From a bacterium (GTDB lineage Bacteria; Patescibacteriota; Patescibacteriia; SG8-24): a DNA stretch of 64,000 bases. Shown here piece after piece: positions 38,100 to 48,625 of the stretch. A program made the position numbers and the translations under genes. Under the pieces are notes generated by a model. The model made no database searches and was not told where the DNA came from. It saw nothing but the letters and a program-made list of their open reading frames with translations. The DNA lies in assembly GCA_023246225.1 (NCBI GenBank), contig JAHFIV010000001.1:46-64045 (forward strand), given 5' to 3'. Every line of letters starts with the position of its first letter. The stretch's first letter is position 1.

Positions 38100-41000
38100 C
38101 TATGGCAGTGGGGGGTACACCTCGATCGTTCCTGCGAAACTTGTCCAGGGGTTAGTCTTGTCGGGCGGAATCTGCACGCATTCATCCGCAGCACCGGTGT
38201 TGTTCATGCAAAGATTACCGAGGCCTCCGTTTCCAGGACATGTTCCGTTACACGTCTGCCAGTTATCCATAATCTGCACGCGTGGTTTAAACACACAGGC
38301 GGTGTGTGCATTGTTCACGCAATCGGTAACGATACCTTTGCTCTTGTCGCACTCCTGTTTATCAGCGATGAGTTTGGCAAGTTTTTCCTTACTGCACGTA
38401 TACGTATGCGTCTCCTCAAAAAACTCGCTCTGGCACTGTTTTCCACCACCCCATCCGAGCGCAGGATCATCACAAATCTTCTTACTGCTCCCCCCACCAA
38501 GGTTGATGCTGCCACGGCGGTTCTTGTACCAACCGGTCAACTCAAGAATTTCCAAATTATCACCCCAATCAACGATCTTATGCCGAATTGGCATGTGATC
38601 TCTATCGGCATACGCGTAGTACGTGAGCGTTGCTTTTAACTTACCGCTGTGCGACGCAACCGGCACCGCAGCCATAATTTTATTCACCGTGAGACCCGCT
38701 GGTCCTTCCTGACAATTCCTACTCCCGAAACAGAAACTGTAATCAACGGCAACTACCTTCGGTGCGTTGTGTTCCGTCGCATATCTCTCACGGAAATCCC
38801 AACCGCCGTCACCACCAAGCGCGCGCGCCGTCACGTCAACTTTTGCCAGATCGCCGTTTGCCAAACGGTACGCATCGTAGGACCAACGCGGCTCGTAATC
38901 GGCGCCGCGAGGAACAGTGACGGAAGGATCGGAGGGATTATTCCATAAAGGAGACCCTTGTCGCCACTCATACACATTAAACGCAGCGGCAAAGTACTGA
39001 CTGAGGTGCAACGCGCCGAGTGCGCGCGCGCCGAAACCTGCATTCCTCCACCCTGCATCTGGCGCACCCTTCCCTTTATCGCTGCCGCAATCACCGATGC
39101 ACGCGTATGGCGTCCCTGAAGCTGTAGATCCCGCGTTGAATATGAACTGCCTCTCATTCGGCTTATCTTTTTTCGGTCGAACGTCCACATGCGTGAACAC
39201 ACTGCCTCCCTCCGAGTCGTACACCGGCAAAATTCGGTTCCACACCTTGTTGATCTTCTCATCATCAGGAGCAGCAGGATTGAGACTAAACAAAATGCGA
39301 CCATTCTTTGGATCTGGTGAAAAATCTTCGATCGGTTGGGCGATCGCGCCGTAGGGAATCATTGGAAGCTGGGTCACTCCCACTGCGTTGTGTTGTTGTA
39401 TGTCCGTACCTGCGTTAGAGAATCGATCAGACTTATGATCTTTTTGATACGGCGGCGCGTCAAGATACGCATTCGCGAGCCGATCGGTCCATGCATAATT
39501 TTTAAAATCACTATCGAGCCCACGCGAAACATCGTTCACAAACGCGATCTCTTGGCACCAATCGCGAAGTTCGACATACACCGTTGCGAGGGTATTGGGG
39601 CAATAATCCTTGCTCCCGATAGCCTCTATGGCCTTGAGGAGAGCAGCGCCGATACAAGCCGTGGGATTAAAAAATGGATTAGGAGCAAGAGGAGTGGGCG
39701 GGGTACAGACGCCACCTACGAACGCCTCTGAAAGCTGGGCGCAATGTACTTCATTATTACAACTCACCGTCGCAAACCCTGCGAGCTTACGGTCAACAAA
39801 GTGCGCCCTAATACCGAGCACTGCAAGGTTCATGCAACCACCATCTGCCAACGGCTCGTCGATATCTGTTGTATGAGAATCATTCACCCCCAGCCCCGCA
39901 AATGGACAACTCGTTGAGGCAATAATTTCATGGTTACCTTTGATACTCTCGTCAAAATATTGACCGTTGTCTGGCCCTGGTTCACCTGAAGATTTATTTG
40001 GATAACGGATACAAATGGTCCACTGATTCTTTTCCGTAAGATAGAAATCGAATTTTCTTCCTGAGGCAACCGTACTCTTAAAGTATCCGGCATTTCCAAA
40101 AACATGGATACCGGCGATCTCATCCTCAAACAGATCTCTCTGCGGAAATTTATAAAGATTAGGCTTTGGAGGTGGCGTCGTGTGTACTGGGTACGGTATC
40201 CACTTCGCGTTTACCTTTCCATCATCCAAACCAAGAAGATCCCCAATACCAATTTTACACCCCACAGCTGCATAACATTCATTACTCCACCACCCCCAAC
40301 CGGGCAACCGAGGCACATCGGCCGGTATCGAACCGATCTGATCTTCAATTTTCATTGAATAACTAAGTATCCCAGGTGTACCAACGCGAGTACCTTGCGC
40401 AACCTGGCAATACAAAAGGTTGCCGGAGTTGACATACCCTGCCTCTTCGTTTTGGTTACCGAGGTCGCTCCCTCCGGAGAGCTGATCTTGAGGGAGCCAC
40501 AAGTTGCACGTATGCCGATCGGGGTTTGCGTTCACAAACCGACCAAAATCAGGATCGAGACAGAACCCGTACCAGCCCTTCGCTGTCACGTCTTTTGTCC
40601 AGCGCGAACACACGCCACCCTCGCTACTTACACATGGATCTGTTGCAGCATCCGTTGGCACTGGCCTTGCGCTCGGCACGCAAGTTTTCCCATCATTCGG
40701 TCCACCAACGCATACTCCTTTGTCCTCACCATGAATCCCCGGTGCAAGACGCGGATCGTGCAGCGAAACGTAGCGGACGGTAGTGCCGTTCACGCCATAC
40801 CCAAGCTTGCGATATGAACAATCACACGCATTTTCTTTGGTGCAGATGTTTGCGTTACCAAATCCCGACTTAATTTCCTTCGGAAGGCCGGTGTCATTAT
40901 CATACTTCACCACCACGCTCGGCGGGAAAGGCGCGTCATCTTCAGGATACCCTCGGCAAGAGGGTGCGTTAATGAAGTCGCTACGAAGCGGTCCGCCTTT

Positions 41001-44000
41001 CATGTCATACATGCACAGATTCGCGATGCATTTTCCTTGTGCCTGCGATCCTGCCGGACAATCGTACGTCCCACTGCACCCAAGACTGAGTTTACAATCC
41101 GCATCACTGCGACACTGCCGATTGTTGGTACTGAGCATCGCACCGACGCGCTGCGTTGCCGAGATCGACGCGTTGCAAATACCATCCGAACCGCACTGCG
41201 CGCTCGTATCACACGGCTTGAGTTGTGCGCTGTCGAGCGACGACTCACAGAATCCCACGAATTTTTTTCCACAGCGGAACCCCCACGAGAGCGGATCGCT
41301 CCCTGGCGGGTTGCACGTGCCGTCCGACCAGCACAGTGTATCGTTGAGCGTCCCTGTTTTCTTGTCCGCACATCGTCCCATGCGGAAATCGACCGGAAGC
41401 GCATACTGCGCCGGATACTGGCCGGGAATAGTAAACCCTGAATACTCCACTCCCTTGTAAGTGATGTCGCGCTGCGCATACAGATCCGCGGTGACGCGTT
41501 TTACATTCTCTACTTTTTCAGGACGCTCCACCCAATTACTGCATTCCTGCGACTCACCGAACGTGCGCTGTTCATCGCATGCATCAAATCCGGAACACCT
41601 ATACTTGTATCGTCCGGTTGCCTCATCAGAAACCGCGTCCGTGGATCTACACGTGAGCCACTCTGCACATTCGCGATCCGCACCCACTTTAATAACGATG
41701 TTCGCGTCATTTTTTGTGACGTCGCGCCCCGCGGGACTCACACCCTTCTCTGACAGATCACATTTTTCTTCTTTTCTCTTGTCACAATCGGTGTCCGCCC
41801 CGCATGCAGTCGTGTGCCCACCGTCCACGGAGAAGCACCGACCTTCACAGAACGGACTTCGCGGATCGAGATTGCAGTTGAGCGGGTTCACCTTGCCACC
41901 GTTCACTGTTTTTTCGCTAAGGAAATACGTCGCAGCAGACGCGAACAACCTTGAGGGGTCGCTAGTTTTAGTAAACAACACACACCCTTCTTTGAGCGAA
42001 GCGGAGCCCCCGCACGACGTGAGGTCCAACTTGTTGTTCATGATGTAGTAGTACGGCTTTCCTTTTGGATGCACCTTCGATGTCGCGGCGGGATCAATAA
42101 ATTCTTCGCAACGATCGTACTGCGGATCGCACTGCCCCACCCAACCTTGATACCCACACGTGGTATTGCCGCGCGCAACTCTGCATACTTGCGTCGTGAT
42201 CGGCGGATTCGTGCATCCGCACGTGGACGTCGACGCGTCCCATCCGATCGTGGTCGGTCCGCACGTCAAACCGTCCGGCAGCTGGCAGAGCGCGTCGGCA
42301 TTTTTATACAAATTGTAGAATTCACCGTTCTGCAACAACTCTGGATAGCACGGAATATCTTTTCCTGCAGCGCTCGCCCGGAACCAACCGTAGCTCGCAG
42401 TGCCGCTAATGTTTACTCCTTCTTTATATTGGCACGTGCGATCGAACGGCTCTTTGAAATAATACTTTCCGTCGATCGCAGTGAACTCTTCGCAAGAAAT
42501 CGCCGGTTGCGTACACAAAGTTTGCCCGTACTGCGCGGGATCATCTTTGAGCGCTTTGACGTTCCAATTTCCTGGCACGCCGTTTTCAAACGAGAGCGTG
42601 CAGGTGCTCAGTCCTTTTGCGACCGTACAGTTTGCGTTAAATATCGGTCCGCATGTGCATCCCGACGCATCGTCGCACTTGCCCGCAACGATCCCCGCTC
42701 CGACGTTCGGGAGCGTGCACTCGCGTTCGTAAGTGATCTGCGGATTCGCGACGCTCTTGCAACCGATCGCTGTCGCCGCGCAAAGATTCTCACTGCGCGC
42801 AACGAGGAACCGACGATCGTCCGCAGAAACGTTTACGCGATCAGGATGCGAAGATTGCGGAGTGTTGTCGTCCCATCCATCGAGTTTGAACTGGCATGCG
42901 TTCTCTCCGATCGCGACGCGGCAGATATCCGCGATATCCGGAACGTTATCGGTGTACCAAGGATGGCGCACGTTGTAGTCGCACTTACAGTTCGACGCTT
43001 CATCTGCGACAACCGCGCAATCTTTCGCGCCTTTCGCGACAATACAAGAATTGATGCCATCGTTACATGCGCACGACGCTCCCAAACATGTGGCACCTCC
43101 CGCGAGCGTGCATTTTCCACATGTACGCGGCTCCGGCGTTGCTCGTTTATCAACGAGCTGACACACCGCGTTATACGATTCCTCGTACGGTGTCTGCACG
43201 TTGTTTTGTGTGAACGAGTACGCCTGACAACCGACCGCTTTGTCGCGACACAACTGTGCGAACGATCGCAGATATGCTTTTTTATTTGCACTGTTCGTGT
43301 ACTCCTTACACCCCAACATCTCTTGTGGCGACGGCACGCCAGCGAGCGTTTGGTCGCACGCTGCGGGCGTGTTCCACGAATCGCGAACGACGTACAAATT
43401 TTCTGGAACTTCTTTTACGATAACGTTATCGATGTACGCTTCGCCAACACCGGATTTGGCGAACACGAGGCTCGTCGGCGCAGTGCCCCACAGAGGATCG
43501 ACCGCGCTCACCGGACCGAGTGAATACTGTTTCCAGTCCGCTCCGAGCGTAAGCGTCGGCGCAGACGTTGTGGTGTCGGCATCACTAAAATGCAGACTGA
43601 GCGGCTTATCTGGCGCTGTCGTCCCTTTCTTTGCAACAACACAATCGGATTTCATTTTTTCGACAAGACACACGAGCCCTGTAGGCGAGACGCATCCGCA
43701 ACCCGCGTCCTGATCGCACACCGTTTTGTTTGTACACGTGACATCTTCTGCGCCATCTTCAAAGCCGATGTCGAGCGTGCCGCTTCCCCGCGCCCAGAAC
43801 GTGAGTGTATAGCTGCGACCCGCAGCGACCGTACCGCCAACTTCTTTTGTCGCGGTCACGGATCCTGGAGCGAACTTCAACGAGTGTCCGCCGACAATCA
43901 CGGATTCTGATGACTGCTTCACATCCTTGCTCATCCACGCATCGACACCAGCCTCAAACGTGTCGCGCACAATACTCCGCACGTTGCTCGACGCGTTTCC

Positions 44001-47000
44001 TTTATATGGTCGGCAACCGTTGTACGCCTTACCGCAGTTCTGACTCGCTGTGACGTCTGCGTTGTAAATACACTGGCCCTTATCAGCGATCCACTGACCG
44101 TTTGATTTTTTACAATCATTTTCAGTTGCGGTGGTGATGCGATACTGGTGACATTCCGCGGTGAGGACGATCGTCTTTGATAATTTGCGGAAGTGGCGGT
44201 TGCCGTCGGCGTCATAAAATTCTCGGCAATCCAGATCACCACTATCGATATCTGCGCGACTGCACAAACCGTCGGTGGAACCGGCAGGAAGATCAGTGCT
44301 CACACTCGCGCAGTTGAGAGCGTTATCATCAAGCCGCGTACACGGTGCAACACCGGCGTTCTTGCACGTAGCCGGATCTGCGCACTCATCTGCAGCCTTT
44401 CCTTCTCCGATCTCTGTCATACTACACGCGCCGCACACGCCTGCAGCGCAGCACGTCTCTTCGTGCGCGACCGTGGTGTCACCACCCGCCGCGTCAGTCA
44501 CCTTCTTAAAGTTCCATACTTTCAACTGATATCCTGCAGTGTCTGAACCTTCCCAGCTATAGAACACTGTTTTCGGATCGGTCGACGGCTTTTGACACAA
44601 ACGAAGTTTCGAAAAGTACGCGACTTTTTCGTTCTCAACGTTGGTGAATTCAGAACAACCCGACTCCGCTTGCGTACACTGCTTCGCGGTCGTCGGAATA
44701 AAATACACAGGGAATTTTTCTGTATCAAATTCCGTTGCTTCTTGCTTGAAAATGTCATATCCCGCGCACTGCGCCGGACACGCGTCTTGCGGACCGGTCA
44801 CTGCAGGAAGTGAAGGATCGCCGTTCGTTGGTGTGAACCGATCACACCCGACTTCTTGCTCGCGACACACGCCTGCGAACGATGCACACTCTGGGCGGTC
44901 GGTCTCGTCACCTGTGCAACCAAGAAACGCGGGAGGAATTTTCGCGTCCACCATAGTGTTTGCCGAACCATACCCCTCGTGGAACGGCGTCAAACTCCCC
45001 TGCTCGAACTGCACTTCATCAACGTAGTCACCACCGCCGATCTCAAGCAAACCGTGCACCACTTTCTTTGGCAGCTTCGTGTCATCAACAACGAGCGTGC
45101 ATGACGCGCGGACTTCATCTGCGTTGCTCGTAAACGCGAAACGTAATACACCCGGCGCGTCAACTTTGCAGAAGTCGCTCGTCGGTGTTACCGGATTGCC
45201 GTTCTTATCTTGATACGCAGTGTTCGAAATAATCGCACCTGCCGGAAGCACGATCACGTTTCCGTTCAGATCGGTGAACGTCATTTGCATCGTCCCACTC
45301 GCTGAAGAAGCGCCGCTAAGGAACGTCGCTGAGAGGGTGTATGTGGTGTTTCCTTTTACCGGGACGCTGTCCTGGATGACGCGATCGGTGTACGCACATT
45401 CGGTCTGTCCTTTTATAACCTTACAAGTGTAATCGCCATCTTTGCAGGTGCACCCGGCATCGTTTGTACATACCGCAATCGTACAAGATTTTGGCGCGGA
45501 CCCCGTGAGACCCTGTATCTTCATCGCACTCGAGCCGCTCTTTATATTTGCCGCGGTCGTGGTTAAGACACCGCTGCTTGCAGATGCAGGAACCGCACCG
45601 AATGGCGCCCAATATTTCGCATGGTCAGGCGTGCCGTCACCATCGCCGTCCTCCAACTCTTCAAATCCCCCGTTTCGCACGAGGTTCAAAGATTGTCCGG
45701 TCGCGAGCGGAACGAGCGCAGAGCATCCGTTGTCTGTCGCCGAACACGTTTGCGCATTCTTATTAAAGTATCGCTGCGGCTGCACACGCCAATCATCGGC
45801 GACGTTCTGATCATCTCCCATCGTTGATGCGCAAGAATCCTGCCCCTTTGCAACGCGACACGTGCTGAGGTAGCAGCTACACCCGCCAGCGCTCGCGCAT
45901 TTCGCTTCGAGCGTGCACACGCTGCCATCATCGACTTTGCAAAGCGTTTTTCCGTTCGCGACGACGCAGCCGTCATTCCCTGACGCGTTGCCGGCGAGAC
46001 AACCTTTTTCAAGCGGACAAGTGTCGACGCACACGCTCCCGGGACAATCTGCATCCTTCGTACACTGCGTGCCGGCGTTCGCGCCTGCTTTGCAGAAATT
46101 TTTCTTCTGCGCAGAGATGGCGTTGGTTTGCAGCGAATACGCAAGACAACCGACGTTGTCAGCGTTACACACATCGACATCGATCGTGTTGACCAAGAAA
46201 TTTTCTGTGCCGCCCGTGCGAGTTTTGAGCGTTCGACAACTACTATAGTAGGCAGGACACTGCTCACCCTGGAATCGCCACACATTCCGCTCTTTCTGAC
46301 AGTACCCCCATCCACCGACGCACTTCCCGAAATCGTCCTGACGTAAACACGTCGGCGAATCAACACACACCTCTGCACGCGAGGACGTTTCGCTTGTCAC
46401 AAGCGTCGGTCCAAACGCTGTCGCGCGGCATTGCGTTGGTGGAACTTTGAGAACCCAGTCAGGATCGATCAGATGACACCACGGATGAGCCGAGTCGATC
46501 GTGCCGTTCGCGTTGCAATCATTAAAATGCGCGACAACCTCGCCGAGTGTCACTGGCGTCGCACCGACTTTGCTCGCGGCGATCTCCCAGCCGATCGAAA
46601 TGATACGCGCGGCACGAAGCTGTTTGAGGTTGCTCTCACAGTACGCGTACGTGTAGCAAAACGGATCGGTGTCGCGCTGTTTCTCTGTGGCAGGGAACAT
46701 CCGCCAATCGCTATGAAGCATCCCTCGCTTCAGCGCTTCTCTCACAGAGAGCGGTGTCGCATCGCCGATGCGAACAATGTCAGCAAACTGCTGGTCCATG
46801 ACGCAGTTGTTCGGGGCAGGATTCGACGGCGGGCAGGTCGTAAAATTGGTAAGCGGATCGTACTCCCCCGCTTCGTGCGTGGTAAGTGGGACGATTCTTG
46901 ACTGCTGAATCACCGCGGAGGCTGTTGCGCCCGGTTGTTGCACGATCCCTTCTGGACTAAGAATGATGTCGGGTTGTACAGAAAGCAGTTCTCCTGTGGA

Positions 47001-47942
47001 GAGCAGACCGCTCACCAGTTTATTCCACAATCGTGCGGTAAGTGTCGAGACAAACGTATTTGTCGCAGTAAGAACGACGGACTTCACCGCTCCTTTTGCG
47101 ATACTACCGGTCGTCGCCATTCTCGTACCGTCGAGTTGAGAGGCTTCACCATTTTTTGAACGACGGAATTCTTCTTGCGTCACTGCGCCTGGAGATTTTA
47201 TGCGACCAGAAACAGGATCTTTAATCGGAGAGAATCCTCCGCTCGACGCATTGGCGAGTCTCTCAACAACGCTGTCTCGCTGCGCGTTGCTGATAATATC
47301 TTGCTTGATGCCGAGCGCGGCGATGGAGACGCTGAGCGGACTCTGTCCCAATGAAAATTGGGGTTTTAATTTATTCAAAATCTCTCCTGTTGAAAATGAG
47401 GTAGCTATCGAATCCCAATTTTTAATCAGCTGATCGAAATTACACTTTGGCGGACTAGGAACGATCTCTTTCATGAAGCTGAGCTGCAACGCCAGCCCCG
47501 AAAGTCCTGGATCGCAAAGAAAATTGTTGCCGAACAACCCTTGCGAAAGGGAACCGACACTTTCACCGATCGCCCCTTGCCATGCTTGTCGGAAACCGTC
47601 CTTAAATCCCTTACTGTCCCAACACGCCACCTGACCAGGACAATCAGAGGTCAACGCTTTTGCTGCTTGATACGCGAGTTGCTGCGTAAAATAATTTGTA
47701 CCGTTAACGACCGCGATCACCGCTGACTCAACCAAAAGATGTTCGATCTTGTCGCTAGCAGCATTACCTGCAACTAAAGAAGTTAGCGGCGCATCCGCAA
47801 CAGGAAGCACGGCGAGCGCCGGCTTCGGCACAGTGAGCGTCGTTATCGTCACAACGCCCGCAACAAACATCGCGAGAAGCGCGCTGAGTTTCAGCGTTCT
47901 CTTTGTTGTGTGCGATTTTTCCGATCGCGGTTGTGGTTTCAT
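38100..47942 (-). CDS. giant (3280 aa) secreted/anchored Cys-rich surface protein with CBM-like modules
   Basis: Uninterrupted 9.8-kb ORF with N-terminal signal/anchor. Repeated Cys module C-x-C-x(4-7)-C-x-VAKG-x(2-3)-C at least 6 times. NGGFE and RDTFEAG segments resemble CBM4/9-type starts. Its ATG overlaps the upstream stop. Confidence 0.85.
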   Translation of the reverse strand: MKPQPRSEKSHTTKRTLKLSALLAMFVAGVVTITTLTVPKPALAVLPVADAPLTSLVAGNAASDKIEHLLVESAVIAVVNGTNYFTQQLAYQAAKALTSDCPGQVACWDSKGFKDGFRQAWQGAIGESVGSLSQGLFGNNFLCDPGLSGLALQLSFMKEIVPSPPKCNFDQLIKNWDSIATSFSTGEILNKLKPQFSLGQSPLSVSIAALGIKQDIISNAQRDSVVERLANASSGGFSPIKDPVSGRIKSPGAVTQEEFRRSKNGEASQLDGTRMATTGSIAKGAVKSVVLTATNTFVSTLTARLWNKLVSGLLSTGELLSVQPDIILSPEGIVQQPGATASAVIQQSRIVPLTTHEAGEYDPLTNFTTCPPSNPAPNNCVMDQQFADIVRIGDATPLSVREALKRGMLHSDWRMFPATEKQRDTDPFCYTYAYCESNLKQLRAARIISIGWEIAASKVGATPVTLGEVVAHFNDCNANGTIDSAHPWCHLIDPDWVLKVPPTQCRATAFGPTLVTSETSSRAEVCVDSPTCLRQDDFGKCVGGWGYCQKERNVWRFQGEQCPAYYSSCRTLKTRTGGTENFLVNTIDVDVCNADNVGCLAYSLQTNAISAQKKNFCKAGANAGTQCTKDADCPGSVCVDTCPLEKGCLAGNASGNDGCVVANGKTLCKVDDGSVCTLEAKCASAGGCSCYLSTCRVAKGQDSCASTMGDDQNVADDWRVQPQRYFNKNAQTCSATDNGCSALVPLATGQSLNLVRNGGFEELEDGDGDGTPDHAKYWAPFGAVPASASSGVLTTTAANIKSGSSAMKIQGLTGSAPKSCTIAVCTNDAGCTCKDGDYTCKVIKGQTECAYTDRVIQDSVPVKGNTTYTLSATFLSGASSASGTMQMTFTDLNGNVIVLPAGAIISNTAYQDKNGNPVTPTSDFCKVDAPGVLRFAFTSNADEVRASCTLVVDDTKLPKKVVHGLLEIGGGDYVDEVQFEQGSLTPFHEGYGSANTMVDAKIPPAFLGCTGDETDRPECASFAGVCREQEVGCDRFTPTNGDPSLPAVTGPQDACPAQCAGYDIFKQEATEFDTEKFPVYFIPTTAKQCTQAESGCSEFTNVENEKVAYFSKLRLCQKPSTDPKTVFYSWEGSDTAGYQLKVWNFKKVTDAAGGDTTVAHEETCCAAGVCGACSMTEIGEGKAADECADPATCKNAGVAPCTRLDDNALNCASVSTDLPAGSTDGLCSRADIDSGDLDCREFYDADGNRHFRKLSKTIVLTAECHQYRITTATENDCKKSNGQWIADKGQCIYNADVTASQNCGKAYNGCRPYKGNASSNVRSIVRDTFEAGVDAWMSKDVKQSSESVIVGGHSLKFAPGSVTATKEVGGTVAAGRSYTLTFWARGSGTLDIGFEDGAEDVTCTNKTVCDQDAGCGCVSPTGLVCLVEKMKSDCVVAKKGTTAPDKPLSLHFSDADTTTSAPTLTLGADWKQYSLGPVSAVDPLWGTAPTSLVFAKSGVGEAYIDNVIVKEVPENLYVVRDSWNTPAACDQTLAGVPSPQEMLGCKEYTNSANKKAYLRSFAQLCRDKAVGCQAYSFTQNNVQTPYEESYNAVCQLVDKRATPEPRTCGKCTLAGGATCLGASCACNDGINSCIVAKGAKDCAVVADEASNCKCDYNVRHPWYTDNVPDIADICRVAIGENACQFKLDGWDDNTPQSSHPDRVNVSADDRRFLVARSENLCAATAIGCKSVANPQITYERECTLPNVGAGIVAGKCDDASGCTCGPIFNANCTVAKGLSTCTLSFENGVPGNWNVKALKDDPAQYGQTLCTQPAISCEEFTAIDGKYYFKEPFDRTCQYKEGVNISGTASYGWFRASAAGKDIPCYPELLQNGEFYNLYKNADALCQLPDGLTCGPTTIGWDASTSTCGCTNPPITTQVCRVARGNTTCGYQGWVGQCDPQYDRCEEFIDPAATSKVHPKGKPYYYIMNNKLDLTSCGGSASLKEGCVLFTKTSDPSRLFASAATYFLSEKTVNGGKVNPLNCNLDPRSPFCEGRCFSVDGGHTTACGADTDCDKRKEEKCDLSEKGVSPAGRDVTKNDANIVIKVGADRECAEWLTCRSTDAVSDEATGRYKYRCSGFDACDEQRTFGESQECSNWVERPEKVENVKRVTADLYAQRDITYKGVEYSGFTIPGQYPAQYALPVDFRMGRCADKKTGTLNDTLCWSDGTCNPPGSDPLSWGFRCGKKFVGFCESSLDSAQLKPCDTSAQCGSDGICNASISATQRVGAMLSTNNRQCRSDADCKLSLGCSGTYDCPAGSQAQGKCIANLCMYDMKGGPLRSDFINAPSCRGYPEDDAPFPPSVVVKYDNDTGLPKEIKSGFGNANICTKENACDCSYRKLGYGVNGTTVRYVSLHDPRLAPGIHGEDKGVCVGGPNDGKTCVPSARPVPTDAATDPCVSSEGGVCSRWTKDVTAKGWYGFCLDPDFGRFVNANPDRHTCNLWLPQDQLSGGSDLGNQNEEAGYVNSGNLLYCQVAQGTRVGTPGILSYSMKIEDQIGSIPADVPRLPGWGWWSNECYAAVGCKIGIGDLLGLDDGKVNAKWIPYPVHTTPPPKPNLYKFPQRDLFEDEIAGIHVFGNAGYFKSTVASGRKFDFYLTEKNQWTICIRYPNKSSGEPGPDNGQYFDESIKGNHEIIASTSCPFAGLGVNDSHTTDIDEPLADGGCMNLAVLGIRAHFVDRKLAGFATVSCNNEVHCAQLSEAFVGGVCTPPTPLAPNPFFNPTACIGAALLKAIEAIGSKDYCPNTLATVYVELRDWCQEIAFVNDVSRGLDSDFKNYAWTDRLANAYLDAPPYQKDHKSDRFSNAGTDIQQHNAVGVTQLPMIPYGAIAQPIEDFSPDPKNGRILFSLNPAAPDDEKINKVWNRILPVYDSEGGSVFTHVDVRPKKDKPNERQFIFNAGSTASGTPYACIGDCGSDKGKGAPDAGWRNAGFGARALGALHLSQYFAAAFNVYEWRQGSPLWNNPSDPSVTVPRGADYEPRWSYDAYRLANGDLAKVDVTARALGGDGGWDFRERYATEHNAPKVVAVDYSFCFGSRNCQEGPAGLTVNKIMAAVPVASHSGKLKATLTYYAYADRDHMPIRHKIVDWGDNLEILELTGWYKNRRGSINLGGGSSKKICDDPALGWGGGKQCQSEFFEETHTYTCSKEKLAKLIADKQECDKSKGIVTDCVNNAHTACVFKPRVQIMDNWQTCNGTCPGNGGLGNLCMNNTGAADECVQIPPDKTNPWTSFAGTIEVYPPLP

Positions 47943-48625
47943 TATTTTGTCGGCGACGGCGCGGGTGGCGCAGTCGACATTGATGCAGCGATCTCTACAA
48001 GAGTGTCTTCAACTAACTTTCGCAGCGTCGCATCATCAGCCTTTGCAAGCGCATCTTCAGGAATTCCCAACTCGGTAATAAATGATCGCAATTCTACCGA
48101 ACTCATCGCGTCGAGTTTTGTGGTGATTTTTTCTTTTGTGAGCAGTGTCGGGTCACCGAAGGTTGTGATGATCGCCTGCATCGATCGTTCTTGTGCAGTT
48201 GCTGTTGGCGCGGGTGCAGGCGGTTGTTCTGTCGCCGGTGCAGCGTTCGTACTTGCTGTGCCACTCACCACAACTTGTCGACATATTTTTCCTTTCGGAC
48301 AATTCGGATCGGCGCCGGCGGCAACCTCTGTGCCATCGTTCGTACCATCAGAGTCTGAGTCCGCAAGAAAAGGGCTGGTGTGAAAAACGTACAGCTCGTC
48401 GTAATCAGAGAGCCCGTCTTTATCAGTATCTTCTGTCTTCAGTCGATCCATCTGCTCTTGCTCCAACTCATCTGAGCTTTTGTACGTAATCGGCTTGCGA
48501 ACAAAAGGAACCCAGATCGATCTCTTGATTTGCGCATACGCTAAAACCGCTGTCGTGATGCCGATGAGCAAGAAAACGACGAGCGCGATTTTTTCATGCG
48601 ATTTCGATGGAGATGTTTGAGTCAC
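47942..48625 (-). CDS. membrane-anchored protein with thrombospondin-type-3-like Ca-binding repeats
   Basis: TM anchor KIALVVFLLIGITTAVLAYA. DTDKDGLSDYDE and DSDSDGTNDGTE match the DxDxDGxxDxxE motif. Start taken as GTG at 48625; the ORF is open to 48745 but that would overlap rsmA. Confidence 0.5.
   Translation of the reverse strand: MTQTSPSKSHEKIALVVFLLIGITTAVLAYAQIKRSIWVPFVRKPITYKSSDELEQEQMDRLKTEDTDKDGLSDYDELYVFHTSPFLADSDSDGTNDGTEVAAGADPNCPKGKICRQVVVSGTASTNAAPATEQPPAPAPTATAQERSMQAIITTFGDPTLLTKEKITTKLDAMSSVELRSFITELGIPEDALAKADDATLRKLVEDTLVEIAASMSTAPPAPSPTK

Noticed and set aside
37792-38598. A 268-aa plus-strand ORF spanning repeat cluster R3 and the giant-gene 3' end
   Set aside because: Translation is repeat-derived (SVIPASEPESRKI...) and antisense to the giant gene.
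42069-43523. A 484-aa plus-strand ORF and many other long ORFs antisense to the giant gene
   Set aside because: Arg-rich with no motifs, and entirely nested antisense within the 9.8-kb minus-strand ORF.
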